Shown piece after piece: positions 18,376 through 29,142 of a stretch of 64,000 bases of DNA. The notes beneath the pieces are model-generated. The model was not told the DNA's origin and did not search any database. It saw only the letters and a program-made list of their open reading frames with translations. Position numbers and translations under genes: made by a program. The stretch lies in assembly GCA_016592635.1 (NCBI GenBank), contig AP023240.1, positions 1,899,630-1,963,629 of the forward strand. Direction: 5' to 3'. Positions within the stretch are counted from its first letter, which is position 1. Each line of letters begins with the position of its first letter. This stretch comes from Methyloprofundus sp. Lineage in GTDB: Bacteria; Pseudomonadota; Gammaproteobacteria; Methylococcales; Methylomonadaceae.

Positions 18376-19583
18376 TATGCAAGTTGATTAAGGTTAAAAA
18401 TGGGTAACATGATCGCTAAGACGATGGTTAAGACTATACCGCCCATGGTTAAGAGTAATAAGGGTTCCAATAGGGTTAAAAAGCTGCTGATCCAACTTTC
18501 TAATTCGCGCTCTTGGGTTTCAGCAGCTTTTTCTAGCATGGTATCCAATTGACCGCTGGACTCGCCACTGGCAATTAAATGAATGGTTAAGGGTGGAAAG
18601 CCGATACCACGTTGTAATGCATGCGATAAGCTACTGCCTTCACGTACTTGTTGGATAGCTTGTTGTACGGTATTGCTCATCGGTACATTGTTGACTACTT
18701 TGCCAGCAATGCTGAGTGCTTGCAACATTGATACGCCGCTCATTAATAAAGTACTTAAGGTGCGACAAAAGCGTGCGCTGTTTAAGGTGCGAATCAGCGG
18801 CGATATCAAGGGTATTTTGAATAACAATAAATGCCACTTTTCTTTAAGACTTGGTTTTTGTAGCAAGAAATAAGCAAACCCTACAGCTAATATGCAAACA
18901 ATGAGAATGAGTATGCCATGGTTTTGTAATAAGCTGCTTAGTGCAATCAAGTTTTGGGTTAAGGGGGGCAAATCTTGTTGCATGCTATCAAAGACATGAA
19001 TAATTTGCGGCACAACATAGGTTAATAAGCCGCCGACCACCAATAAGGCAATGATGGTGAGAATGACTGGATAGAGCAGGGCACCGAGAATTTTTTGCTT
19101 TAATTGCTGGCTACGCTCCACGTGGTCAGCAAGTCGTTCCAGCACAATCGCTAAATCACCTGATTGCTCGCCTGCTGCGACGGTAGCAATAAAATCTTTA
19201 CGAAAAATACGCGGGAAGTTTTCCAGCGCTTGTGCTAAAGGTTTGCCCGTTAACACATCAGAACGCACTGTCATTAATACCAAAGTAATTTTTTGACTCT
19301 CGCTTTGTTGGGCAATGGCGAGTAGTGATTCTTCTAAGGGTAAAGCTGCACGTACTAAAGTTGCTAATTGACGTGTTAATAACGAGAGTTCTGAGGCACG
19401 GATACTTGGGCTAAATAAATTCGTTTGTGTGCTATTAACTGCCTGATTGACAATATGGACTTCTAATGGCTTTAAATCCTGACTACGCAGCTGTTGTCGC
19501 GCTTGCCGAGTAGTATCACTTTCTAAAATACCTTTTTTTTTACGGCCTTTTCCATCCAAGGCAATATAACGAAACGCAGGCAT
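18375..19583 (-). CDS. gspF: type II secretion inner-membrane platform protein GspF
   Basis: 402 aa with duplicated GspF/PilC-type domains and 3 TM segments. Its start overlaps the gspE stop. Confidence 0.9.
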   Translation of the reverse strand: MPAFRYIALDGKGRKKKGILESDTTRQARQQLRSQDLKPLEVHIVNQAVNSTQTNLFSPSIRASELSLLTRQLATLVRAALPLEESLLAIAQQSESQKITLVLMTVRSDVLTGKPLAQALENFPRIFRKDFIATVAAGEQSGDLAIVLERLADHVERSQQLKQKILGALLYPVILTIIALLVVGGLLTYVVPQIIHVFDSMQQDLPPLTQNLIALSSLLQNHGILILIVCILAVGFAYFLLQKPSLKEKWHLLLFKIPLISPLIRTLNSARFCRTLSTLLMSGVSMLQALSIAGKVVNNVPMSNTVQQAIQQVREGSSLSHALQRGIGFPPLTIHLIASGESSGQLDTMLEKAAETQERELESWISSFLTLLEPLLLLTMGGIVLTIVLAIMLPIFNLNQLA

Positions 19584-21040
19584 TAATCTTCCTTGGTGAC
19601 CCGTAAAATTTCATCAAGACTGGTGATGCCGCGCTTAACTTGCATAAAGCCATTTTGACGAATGGAGGCGGTTTGCTTGCGTGCAATCTTTTCTAATTCT
19701 AATGCGCCCGTTTTATTATGAATAGCATCACGCATAGCATTATCAATTTGAATTAATTCATAAATGCCCATACGTCCTTGGTAACCGAGTTGGTGACAGG
19801 TAGGGCAGCCAACGGGTTTATAAAGTGTTAATGTTTCAGTACTATTATGCTCTAAGAGTGTGGAAGTAGTTACATCAGCAGTATAAGGCTCACGGCATTG
19901 CAAGCATAAGGTACGTACTAATCGTTGTGCAAGGACGGCGAGCAAACTGGAAGACAGTAAAAAAGGCTCGGTCCCCATATCTTGTAGGCGTGGAATAGCA
20001 CCTACTGCGGTATTGGTATGTAGTGTTGATAATACTAAATGCCCCGTCAAACTAGCTTGCACAGCAATTTGTGCGGTTTCAGCATCACGAATTTCCCCAA
20101 CCATCACAATATCCGGGTCTTGCCTTAAGATGGCACGTAAACCTCGCGAAAAATCCATGTCAATTTTAGCATTGACTGCCGTTTGACTAATGCCATCCAA
20201 ATGATATTCAATCGGATCTTCAATAGTCATGATACTACGGTCAGTCTCATTTAATTGGGTGAGGCCTGCATATAAAGTGGTGGTTTTGCCAGAGCCAGTA
20301 GGACCGGTAACTAAAATAATGCCGTGCGGATAGTTTAATAATTCGCCAAAGCGTTGTTGATCGGCTGGCAGCATGCCCAAGCTGCTTAAATCCATACGCC
20401 CAGCTTGTTTATCTAATAAACGCATCACTACTCGTTCGCCATGACCACTGGGCAAAGTCGATACACGTAGGTCAATGGCATGACCTGCTACTTTCAGTGA
20501 AATGCGACCATCTTGCGGTAATCTTTTTTCGGCAATATCCAATTTTGCCATGACCTTAATGCGGGAAACCACCAGTGATGCCAAAGCTTTTTGTACCGTT
20601 AAGACTTCACGTAAAGCACCATCAATACGAAAACGGACCCGTAGGCGCTCTTCAAATGGTTCAATATGGATATCCGACGCTTGTTCTTTAATGGCCTCAG
20701 TAAGGATTGCATTGATCATACGAATAATGGGCGCATCATCCGTGCTGTCCATCAAGTCTTCCGCTTCAGGAACCAGTTCAGATAAATCTTGCAGTTGCTC
20801 ATCATCAAAGGCCTCCATTTCTTGCATGGTGTGGCTAGAACCGCTGTGATAAATACGCTGTAATTCGTTGCTGAATTGTTTGTTGGTTACTTTGACTAAT
20901 TGTACCGGGGCATTAGCGGCACGCTTTGCTTCTTGAATGGCACTAACCTTAGTCTCTGTGCAGAGCCAAAGTTGCAAGGTATCGGCACTTGCATGCAACA
21001 GCACACTATGCGCTTTAGAAAAAGCATAAGGTAGTATCAT
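19583..21040 (-). CDS. gspE: type II secretion ATPase GspE
   Basis: 485 aa with Walker A GPTGSGKTTT, Asp/His boxes and a tetracysteine motif (CLQC...CPTC). Confidence 0.92.
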   Translation of the reverse strand: MILPYAFSKAHSVLLHASADTLQLWLCTETKVSAIQEAKRAANAPVQLVKVTNKQFSNELQRIYHSGSSHTMQEMEAFDDEQLQDLSELVPEAEDLMDSTDDAPIIRMINAILTEAIKEQASDIHIEPFEERLRVRFRIDGALREVLTVQKALASLVVSRIKVMAKLDIAEKRLPQDGRISLKVAGHAIDLRVSTLPSGHGERVVMRLLDKQAGRMDLSSLGMLPADQQRFGELLNYPHGIILVTGPTGSGKTTTLYAGLTQLNETDRSIMTIEDPIEYHLDGISQTAVNAKIDMDFSRGLRAILRQDPDIVMVGEIRDAETAQIAVQASLTGHLVLSTLHTNTAVGAIPRLQDMGTEPFLLSSSLLAVLAQRLVRTLCLQCREPYTADVTTSTLLEHNSTETLTLYKPVGCPTCHQLGYQGRMGIYELIQIDNAMRDAIHNKTGALELEKIARKQTASIRQNGFMQVKRGITSLDEILRVTKED

Positions 21041-22962
21041 TGTGGCCGAGCTTCTGTTTCTAAAGCAGGTGCTGGGGTAAACTCTGGCATTTGATAACGA
21101 TCAGAACCTGGCCTTAGTAATAGAGTTTTATCGCTAAATTCAGATTGTTCCTCTTTAACCGCATTGAGTGCACGACCTGTTTCCATATCGCTACCATACT
21201 GTGTTTTTAAAATGGTTGGTTTTAGAAAAACCATTAATGTGCGTTTTTTTACCACGGTTTCCTGCGATTGAAATAACCAACCCAGATAAGGAATGTCCAT
21301 TAACCAAGGGATGCCTGTTTCTATATCAGTGGTCACATCATCCATTAAACCACCCAACACCAAAATCTTACCATCATTGACTAATACATTGCTTCTAATG
21401 GAACGTTTAGTCGTCGTTAAATCAACAGCCTGGGTGGTTTTTTTTACCGTAGAAATTTCTTGATAAACTTCCAAGCCAATACGGCCACCTGAATTAATTT
21501 GTGGCTTGACGCGTAAGGTTAAACCAATGTCTTTGCGTTGCACAGTTTGAAATGGGTTGTCAGAGCCTGAAGTATTTGTAGTGTATGACCCAGTGACAAA
21601 AGGCACATTTTCACCGACGATAATTTCAGCCTCTTTATTATCAACCGTTAAAATTCTAGGGGCAGATAAGATATTAAAATCGGAATCATCTTGTAACACG
21701 TTAATGAGTACCCCAAAGCTATCATTGGCAATTAAACCTGAAAAACCACCTGTCGCAGCGGCAGCGGCAGCTTTACCGCCTTCACCATTAGCGAGCTCTG
21801 CCAATGTCTCTAGTAATGAGCCGGTATTGGTGCTACCTCCAAAACCAACGGTATCCCCTGATTTTCCAGAAATCCCCCATTCCACGCCAATTTTCTTAGT
21901 GCCATCAATAGACACTTCAGCAATAATGGCTTCAATCAATACTTGTGGGCGGGTAATATCTAATTGCTTGATAACAGAAGCTAATGAGCGAAAAGCTTCC
22001 ATTTCTGCAGAAACAATAATGGAATTAGTGGCTTCATCAGCGAGAATGGAGGATTTCTCGGTAGTACCTTGTTTGTCACTACTATTTTTTTCAGAAGCAT
22101 TGATGATTTTATCTAAAATAGGTGCCAGATCAATTGCCGAAGCATGTTTTAAATAAATAACATGATGTGCTGATTGTGATAAAACGGGAGAGTCCAGCTT
22201 AGCGATTAATTTTTTTAAGCGCGCCCGTTCCACTCGGTCACCACTCATTAAAATACTGTTGGTACGCTTATCAACACTAATATTAATATTGGTTCTGGCT
22301 GACTTTTTAGGTAGCATATTTGTTAATGTCGTCAGTACCTGATTAGCATTCGCTTTAGCCAATGGAATAATATCAATATCATTATCAGAGACCTTGTCCA
22401 TATTGGCAATGACTTGCATGATGCGCACAATATTATGTTCACTATCAGACAATATTAATAAATTAGTTGCTGTATAAGCCGCAATATAGGCTTCTTTTGG
22501 CATTAACGGGCGTAATACCGGAATAAGGTTAACCGCAGAAATATTCTTTAATTTAACGACTTGGGTAATTTGTTGTGCACCCGCTGTATTTCTATTCAGA
22601 GTATTAACAGGGGTGGGGCTTTGTTTGGCCTCCATTAATGGCACGATATGGGTGACATTATTTTGTTCTACGGCAGTGTAGCCATGCGTACGCAGCGCGC
22701 TTAAAAAAACATCGTAGAGTGCATCTGCACTAATCGCAGTGCTTGAATAAATAGTTAATTTGCCTTTGACACGCGGATCGATCAGAAAGTTTTTGCCTGT
22801 TTCTTTACTGATTGTCGCAATAACTGAACGAATATCGACATCGACAAAATTAAGCGTGATATCTTCTTCTGTTTTAGTCGTTTGTTCAGTCGCATAACTG
22901 GGTATGGCAGAACTTAATAGGAGTAAACAACTGAAACTAAGGAGGCGAACTAAGTTCAACAT
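21037..22962 (-). CDS. gspD: type II secretion secretin GspD
   Basis: 641 aa with a signal peptide and N0-N3 style repeats. The C-terminal secretin domain ends IPWLMDIPYLGWLFQ. There is a 4-nt overlap with gspE. Confidence 0.9.
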   Translation of the reverse strand: MLNLVRLLSFSCLLLLSSAIPSYATEQTTKTEEDITLNFVDVDIRSVIATISKETGKNFLIDPRVKGKLTIYSSTAISADALYDVFLSALRTHGYTAVEQNNVTHIVPLMEAKQSPTPVNTLNRNTAGAQQITQVVKLKNISAVNLIPVLRPLMPKEAYIAAYTATNLLILSDSEHNIVRIMQVIANMDKVSDNDIDIIPLAKANANQVLTTLTNMLPKKSARTNINISVDKRTNSILMSGDRVERARLKKLIAKLDSPVLSQSAHHVIYLKHASAIDLAPILDKIINASEKNSSDKQGTTEKSSILADEATNSIIVSAEMEAFRSLASVIKQLDITRPQVLIEAIIAEVSIDGTKKIGVEWGISGKSGDTVGFGGSTNTGSLLETLAELANGEGGKAAAAAATGGFSGLIANDSFGVLINVLQDDSDFNILSAPRILTVDNKEAEIIVGENVPFVTGSYTTNTSGSDNPFQTVQRKDIGLTLRVKPQINSGGRIGLEVYQEISTVKKTTQAVDLTTTKRSIRSNVLVNDGKILVLGGLMDDVTTDIETGIPWLMDIPYLGWLFQSQETVVKKRTLMVFLKPTILKTQYGSDMETGRALNAVKEEQSEFSDKTLLLRPGSDRYQMPEFTPAPALETEARPQ

Positions 22963-23140
22963 AAAAATTAATAAAGGGTTTGAGACGACGTAACTGTATG
23001 GAGAGTGGTTGTTTGCAGTTATTTTAATGATCGGGGCAGTGCTTGAGTCTGCTTGTTATGGTATAAGAGCAGGCTAAAGCATTACACCTTCGCCTGCCCA
23101 TACAAAAACAATAGATACGCTATTGTTTTAAGAACTTATC

Positions 23141-24157
23141 TTAGTTAAAAGTAGTTCCTGGAGTACCTGGTAAAACAGGCATTTTTTGTTTAGGGAATTT
23201 ACCTGTTAATGAATTCAAGAAAGCAACGATATCCGCTACATCTTCATCAGGTAAGTCCATACCTAACTGTACTGTTGCCATTACTTTCACTGCTTTTTCT
23301 AATGTTGGTACAGAACCATTATGGAAATAAGGTGCTGTTAAAGCAACATTACGTAATGTAGGTACTTTGAAGTAGTTTTCATCACCACTTTTACCAGTTA
23401 CTTCAAAAAGTCCTTTGTCATCACTTAAGCTATATTGCTTTTCTAAATAAGCATTATCAATCAGTGGGAATTTTTGGAAGGTACCTGCACCGTTAAAGGC
23501 TGGGCCGCTGTGACAATTCACACAGCCAATTTCTGCTGCTTTTTTTAGACCACGTTGCTGTTGTTCAGTTAGAGCGTTACTTCTGCCTTTTGCATATTTA
23601 TCATAAGGGCTATTTGGAGTGATCAGTGTTCTTTCATAAGCTGCAATCGCTTTAGTTGCCGTGTCTTTTGAAATAGAATTGGTGCCAAATGCTCTAGTGA
23701 ATAATTTTTGGTAGCCTTTGATTGATTCTAAACGCACAACTACGTCATCCCAGCTTTTCATACCCATTTCAATTGGGTTGGTAACAGGGCCTGCAGCTTG
23801 CTCTTCAAGACTTGCAGCACGGCCATCCCAGAATTGTACTTCATTAAAAGCTGCGTTCCAGACTGTTGGCGCACTACGTCCACCCGTTTGCCCATTAACA
23901 CCCATAGAATTAGGGCGATTATCTTCACCGCCTAACATAGTGTTATGACAAGAAGCACAAGAAACAGTACCAGTAGATGATAGTCTAGGGTCATGAAATA
24001 AAATACGACCTAATGTTACTTTTGCAATCGTTGTTGGGTTATTAGCAGGGGCAGGGGCTGTCGTCGGCAGAGCATCTAGAGCAGAAACAGCTGAAGCTGA
24101 TCCTGCTAAGATAATTGCAGAAACAATAGAACGAATTTTTGACATACCAATCTCCAA
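23141..24157 (-). CDS. di-haem cytochrome c peroxidase (CCP/MauG family)
   Basis: 338 aa with a signal peptide and two CXXCH motifs (CASCH, CVNCH). The conserved PTLRNV and APYFHNG blocks are present. Confidence 0.9.
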   Translation of the reverse strand: MEIGMSKIRSIVSAIILAGSASAVSALDALPTTAPAPANNPTTIAKVTLGRILFHDPRLSSTGTVSCASCHNTMLGGEDNRPNSMGVNGQTGGRSAPTVWNAAFNEVQFWDGRAASLEEQAAGPVTNPIEMGMKSWDDVVVRLESIKGYQKLFTRAFGTNSISKDTATKAIAAYERTLITPNSPYDKYAKGRSNALTEQQQRGLKKAAEIGCVNCHSGPAFNGAGTFQKFPLIDNAYLEKQYSLSDDKGLFEVTGKSGDENYFKVPTLRNVALTAPYFHNGSVPTLEKAVKVMATVQLGMDLPDEDVADIVAFLNSLTGKFPKQKMPVLPGTPGTTFN

Positions 24158-24432
24158 GTTATTATAGTTTTTTGAGGCTAAATTTTACCACAGTTATATA
24201 CTGCGTGTGATTGCAATAGAAGAATTTCTGATAGTTTATTCTTGTTGAGAAGCTATGGTGCTAAAACTGCAATGGGTAGGTCAAACTGGATATATTCTTA
24301 GGCAATTTATCTACAATAATCCTTTGCAAATTTTATTGATAATTTATAGTTTAACGCTGAGAGTAGCTGCCGACTATGTCAAAATTGTAATAACTTATAG
24401 TTAGGTGTAAAAGTTGCTAGTAAAACTAAGAA

Positions 24433-24816
24433 TTGCTGCTAACCTTTAGTGAGAATAATAATTTATTTAGTGAGAATTTGAAGTTGGCTAATACAGCACA
24501 AGCACAGATGTCCAGATCCGGAATAGATTTAGACATGCTTAATGATTTATTTGAAAATCAGAAAAAACTTGATGATGCATTTAACTCGATGTTTGATGAT
24601 GATGATGATGCCTTTCTTAGTGACCTAAAGGTTCCTGAAGTCAAAGCCTCGAATGTACGAACTCGGCAAAGAAAGCAACAAGCACGTCCTTTACAAATAG
24701 AGGGGGCATCCCAAGATAGCTTTTTTGAAAAAAATAGCCACAGTATTTTGCGTATACTAATACCAGTAGCACTAGAAATTGCACTGATATGTTATGGCAT
24801 AATATATTTTTTTTGA
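24433..24816 (+). CDS. hypothetical acidic protein with a C-terminal hydrophobic tail (weak call)
   Basis: 127-aa ORF starting at a non-ATG codon, with an internal ATG at MSRSGIDLD. It has a D-rich stretch and a C-terminal TM-like segment. There is no RBS or family support. Confidence 0.2.
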   Translation: MLLTFSENNNLFSENLKLANTAQAQMSRSGIDLDMLNDLFENQKKLDDAFNSMFDDDDDAFLSDLKVPEVKASNVRTRQRKQQARPLQIEGASQDSFFEKNSHSILRILIPVALEIALICYGIIYFF

Positions 24817-24841
24817 GCCCCACCAGTTTTTATCACAACAG

Positions 24842-27800
24842 TTATACACTTTTTAAAGACCTCCAAAAAGCTTTACAATCATTGATTACCAGATATAAAG
24901 AGGGGATCAATACTAAAGTAATTAGCGTGGCAAACAAGATCCCAAAACCAATAGAAACCGCCATAGGGATCAATATACGTGCTTGACGTGAAGTCTCCAG
25001 AATCATTGGAGCTAAGCCAAAAAAGGTGGTTAAAGTCGTTAAAATAATCGGGCGAAAGCGTTGAATAGCGGCAGTTTTGATCAGCTCTTTGGCTGGCAGT
25101 TCTGATTTTTCCTGTAAATTGACTGCTTGGCTAATGAGTACTAATGAGTCATTTACGACGATGCCTGATAAAGCGACGATACCCAACATACTTAAGACAC
25201 TGAGGTTGTAGCCCATAATCAAATGTCCGAAAATGGCACCGATCATGCCAAAAGGAATACTGACTATGACTATTAGCGGTAGTATGTAACTTTTGAATGG
25301 GATAGCCAACATCGCATAAATAGCCAAAACAGCAAAGATAAAACTGAGTTTTAAACTGCCTAAACTATCCGCCATATCAGCTTGTTGACCTTGAAAGCTA
25401 TATTCCAAGCCAGGAAATTGGGTAACCAAAGCGGGGAGGGTATCAGCTTTTAAGCCATTAATAATATTGACGGATTGACTACGTGGGGTAGCATTAGCCG
25501 TAACTTGTACATTGCGTCTACCATTGCGACGCTTAATTTCGGTAAACGCATAACCTTGCTCTACTTGCACAATTTCATTCAAAGGAATAAAACGGCCTTG
25601 GTCAGTCCAAATGAGAAAGTCGTACATATCTTGTGAGGAAGCGCGTTCATTTTCTGGCAAACGCACCATCACTTTTATCTCATTACGGCCGCGTTGTTGA
25701 CGCAATGCTTCAGTACCATAAAAGGCATCACGCACCTGTCTGGCAATAGAGAACGCGGTTAAGCCTAAGCTTTCACCTTCAGGTAATATACTAAAATCTA
25801 ATTGTTGCTTACCTTGGCTCATGCCATTGGTAATATCTTTAGCCATTGGGTACGCACGTAATGCGTTGGTCAGTTGTTGGCTGGCTTGTTCTAAAATGGC
25901 AGTATTACGGTGAGTTAACTCTACTGTTATTGCTGAACCAGAACCAGGGCCACCTGAATCTGATTCAAAAACAAGACTTTCGATACCCACTATTTCACCC
26001 GTATTACCACGCCATGCCCTACTAAATTCAGCAGTGCTCATAATTTTATGACGTATTTTAGGCGGGGCTAAATACACACGTACAAAGGCTTTATGACTTC
26101 CCCCTTTGCCGATCTCAGCAAAAATACCTCGAATAAGTTGCTCGCCATTGTTTACATTTTCGGTAGTAGTACGTGCTGTATGCACTAGTTGCTTCACAAT
26201 TGCTTGCGTTTTTTCGACTGGAGTACCAAATGGTAAACTAAAGGTTGCTTGTGCAAAATCTGATTCAGTTTTAGGGAACATAGAGAATCCCATGCGACCA
26301 CTTGCTGCATAGGACAGGGTGGCAATGAGTAATGCAATGGCAGTGACAATGGTTAAGTAGCGGTGGTTTAAGGTTAGCTCTAAGGCATTACCGTAATATT
26401 TTTGAGTCCAGTTGCGAAAGCCATGACTAAAGCGTTGTTGTTTAGTATGCAGCCAATATTGAAAGCCGGCACCGTGCTGGTTATTGATATTGGCTAAATG
26501 ATGCGGCAATATAAATAAACTTTCTACCAGTGACAGCATAAAGACCGTAATAACGACCGCAGGAATCATGACAAAAATTTTCCCCATGACACCTGGCATA
26601 AAAAATAAGGGCATGAAGGTAGCAACATTCGTCAAAATACTAAAGGTAACGGGGGCGGCCATTTCTTGCACACCTTTAATGGCCGCCTCTAAGGCAGGGT
26701 AGCCTTCCTGTCGGTAGTGATAGATATTTTCGCCAATAATAATGGCATCATCGACCACAATACCGAGGGCAATAATAAAGGCAAACAGAGAAACCATATT
26801 AAGTGAAATACCGATAGTCGGTAAAATCAAAAATGAACCAAGGAAGGCAATGGGAATGCCGGTCATCACCCAAAAAGCTAACCGCAACTCTAAGAACAAA
26901 GCTAAGGTAATAAAGACAAGTATTAAGCCTAAAGCACTATTACGCAGTAATAAATCAACTCGGTCGGCATAGGTTGCTGAGGCATCATAGCGAATTTCTA
27001 CCTGTATGCCTTTGGGTAGTGTGGTTTTGCTGAGCGCAATTTGCTGTTTAACAGTATCGGCAATCTCTATCGGCGCTTGATTACCGACACGATAAACCTG
27101 CAACATGATCGCAGGGTAGTTATTATAGCTGGCTGAATAATCAGTATCTTCATAGCCGTCAGTAATAGTTGCAATATCACCTAATAAAACTTGGCCGCCC
27201 GATGCGGTGGTAATAATCGGCATGCTTGCAAAATCTTGACCAGTCTCTTTGCGCTCTTGCATGCGCACCAAAATTTCGCCGTCATCAGTTTTGATACTAC
27301 CGCCCGGCAAGTCGATACTTGCATTGCGGATACGTTGCGCAACGGTTGCTAGTGAGAGTTTATAGCGGCGTAAATTTTCTTGTGGTATTTCAATACTAAT
27401 TTCTAGCGGACGCACGCCAGCAAGTTCAATTTGGGTGATATTATCTGATTGTAAGAGCCGCTCACGAAAGTTTTCGGCTAATTCATGCAGTACATGTTCT
27501 TCCGCTTCGCCATATAAAACTAAGGAAACCGTTTTGCGTTTACTGGCAATAATCTTGACTTTGGGCTCTTCAGCATCTTCGGGGAAGGTGGTGATGAGGT
27601 CAACTTCTTGCTGGATGTCTTGTGCGAGTAGGTTAATATCGGCATCGGTTATCACCTCGACAATGACTGAGCCAAAACCTTCTTGTGCTGTGGAGCTAAT
27701 TTCATCAACCCCCTCCAGACTGGAAACAGCATCTTCTATTGCCAATAACATACTGCGTTCTATTTCTTCTGGATCGGCTCCCGTATAAGTGACATTGATA

Positions 27801-27952
27801 CTAATGGTATCGGTGACGAAATCAGGAAAAACTTCCTGTTTCATATTATCCAGAAATAATAGTCCTCCTAATATAAAAGCAAACATTACCAAATTAGCGG
27901 CAACAGGGTGAGCTGCCATCCAGCTTACTGGGCCATGTGCATCCATTTTCAT
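24842..27952 (-). CDS. RND efflux transporter permease
   Basis: 1036 aa with 12-TM RND architecture. It is a paralogue of 8812-11910 and the last gene of an OMF-MFP-RND operon. Confidence 0.9.
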   Translation of the reverse strand: MKMDAHGPVSWMAAHPVAANLVMFAFILGGLLFLDNMKQEVFPDFVTDTISINVTYTGADPEEIERSMLLAIEDAVSSLEGVDEISSTAQEGFGSVIVEVITDADINLLAQDIQQEVDLITTFPEDAEEPKVKIIASKRKTVSLVLYGEAEEHVLHELAENFRERLLQSDNITQIELAGVRPLEISIEIPQENLRRYKLSLATVAQRIRNASIDLPGGSIKTDDGEILVRMQERKETGQDFASMPIITTASGGQVLLGDIATITDGYEDTDYSASYNNYPAIMLQVYRVGNQAPIEIADTVKQQIALSKTTLPKGIQVEIRYDASATYADRVDLLLRNSALGLILVFITLALFLELRLAFWVMTGIPIAFLGSFLILPTIGISLNMVSLFAFIIALGIVVDDAIIIGENIYHYRQEGYPALEAAIKGVQEMAAPVTFSILTNVATFMPLFFMPGVMGKIFVMIPAVVITVFMLSLVESLFILPHHLANINNQHGAGFQYWLHTKQQRFSHGFRNWTQKYYGNALELTLNHRYLTIVTAIALLIATLSYAASGRMGFSMFPKTESDFAQATFSLPFGTPVEKTQAIVKQLVHTARTTTENVNNGEQLIRGIFAEIGKGGSHKAFVRVYLAPPKIRHKIMSTAEFSRAWRGNTGEIVGIESLVFESDSGGPGSGSAITVELTHRNTAILEQASQQLTNALRAYPMAKDITNGMSQGKQQLDFSILPEGESLGLTAFSIARQVRDAFYGTEALRQQRGRNEIKVMVRLPENERASSQDMYDFLIWTDQGRFIPLNEIVQVEQGYAFTEIKRRNGRRNVQVTANATPRSQSVNIINGLKADTLPALVTQFPGLEYSFQGQQADMADSLGSLKLSFIFAVLAIYAMLAIPFKSYILPLIVIVSIPFGMIGAIFGHLIMGYNLSVLSMLGIVALSGIVVNDSLVLISQAVNLQEKSELPAKELIKTAAIQRFRPIILTTLTTFFGLAPMILETSRQARILIPMAVSIGFGILFATLITLVLIPSLYLVINDCKAFWRSLKSV

Positions 27953-27957
27953 TGTGA

Positions 27958-29142
27958 TCAGTCCTGCTTGTTGCTAATGCGTAGTTGCATGCCTTGTACT
28001 GGCGTTGTTAATGGGCTACTGATTATGCGGGCGTTATCGGGGAGTTGACTGCCTGCAATAAATATTTTGCCATGCTCTTTCCAGACAGGTTTAACATTGA
28101 TAATACTTAGAGTGTTTTTTGCACTAAGTAGCAATATTTGTTGGCCGTTGTAGAGTAAAGTGTCTGGAATGGCGACAACATTTTGCAGTATGCGCCCGGT
28201 AATATCTGCACGTACAAAAGATCCCAGTATTAAGGGAGGCGCATCTTTATTGGCTGGGCTTTGACTTAGCGGGTCAAGCACTTCAATAATAATTTGTGCC
28301 ATGCGGCCGGTGTCTTCTAATTCAGCCTGTAAGCGGATCACTGTGCCGGTACGATAAGCTTGTGCTTCCCAAGCGGCTTTATGGCTAATTTTGACACTGG
28401 CTCCCGTTGTATTATTTATGCCAGGAATATCTATATATTTTAATTGCTTAACCGGCAAAGTGGCGGCAATCCAGAAGCGATCAATGCCAGCCAATTTAAC
28501 CAGAGGTGTTCCCGTAGAAAAGGTCGATACCCATGAACCTATTTGGGCATTGGTTTCTAAAATAATAGAATTAAACGGTGCTTTGGTTTTAGTGCGTTGT
28601 AAATTTAGCTGTGCTTGCTTAAGAGCAGCTTGCGCTGCATTCACTTTGCTTTTTGCCAAGGCTAAGTGCGGTTTGCGCAATACTAATTCCTTGCTTTGTG
28701 CATCCAGTTGGCTGCTTAATAATTTAAATTCACGTTGTGCAATGGCTTGGTGGCCTTTTTCCAAGGTTAATTCAAACTGTGCTTGAGCTAATTCATTTTC
28801 TTTTTCTGCAATGGTCAGTTTGTAATCAGTAGGATCCAGTTGCACAATTTGTTCACCTTTCTTTAAAAACCCACCCGGAATGAAGTTTGGATTGACTGCG
28901 GTGACCATACCATTAATCCGTGAGGTTAAATTAACCCGTCGAGCTGGTATGATGCTGCCCATTGCTTGGATGGTCGTTGGGTGATCGATGACTTGTGGTT
29001 GAATAAATTCAACCAATGGAATACTTTTTTGTGCTGTTTTGGCCTTAGCCTTGGGTTTATTAGTTAGCCAATAATAAGATAAGCCGAAGCCGATACTCAA
29101 AACAAGTAATGCGGGAATCCATTGTAAAAGGCGCTTAGCCAT
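27958..29142 (-). CDS. RND periplasmic adaptor (membrane fusion protein)
   Basis: The likely start is MAKRLLQW at 29142. Its ATG overlaps the OMF stop (ATGGCTAA), which suggests translational coupling. It has an N-terminal TM and a coiled-coil hairpin. Confidence 0.85.
   Translation of the reverse strand: MAKRLLQWIPALLVLSIGFGLSYYWLTNKPKAKAKTAQKSIPLVEFIQPQVIDHPTTIQAMGSIIPARRVNLTSRINGMVTAVNPNFIPGGFLKKGEQIVQLDPTDYKLTIAEKENELAQAQFELTLEKGHQAIAQREFKLLSSQLDAQSKELVLRKPHLALAKSKVNAAQAALKQAQLNLQRTKTKAPFNSIILETNAQIGSWVSTFSTGTPLVKLAGIDRFWIAATLPVKQLKYIDIPGINNTTGASVKISHKAAWEAQAYRTGTVIRLQAELEDTGRMAQIIIEVLDPLSQSPANKDAPPLILGSFVRADITGRILQNVVAIPDTLLYNGQQILLLSAKNTLSIINVKPVWKEHGKIFIAGSQLPDNARIISSPLTTPVQGMQLRISNKQD

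Noticed and set aside
21557-22156. 199-aa ORF antisense to gspD. Similar antisense ORFs lie inside ftsK (978-1340, 1479-1988), the RND genes (10403-10861, 26106-26972, 27435-27788), gspE (20502-20849), gspF, the MFP genes and the GGDEF-EAL genes.
   Set aside because: All lie fully inside strongly supported genes on the opposite strand. They have low-complexity Ser/Ala/Pro/Cys-rich translations, no RBS and no recognisable motifs. They are typical shadow ORFs.
17983-22962. Alternative reading of the gsp operon as a type IV pilus or MSHA-type system.
   Set aside because: The gene order secretin-ATPase-platform-pseudopilin, the GspG-type short pseudopilin with DPWGNEY and the tetracysteine GspE are T2SS hallmarks. 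No pilM-Q or pilT-like genes are present.
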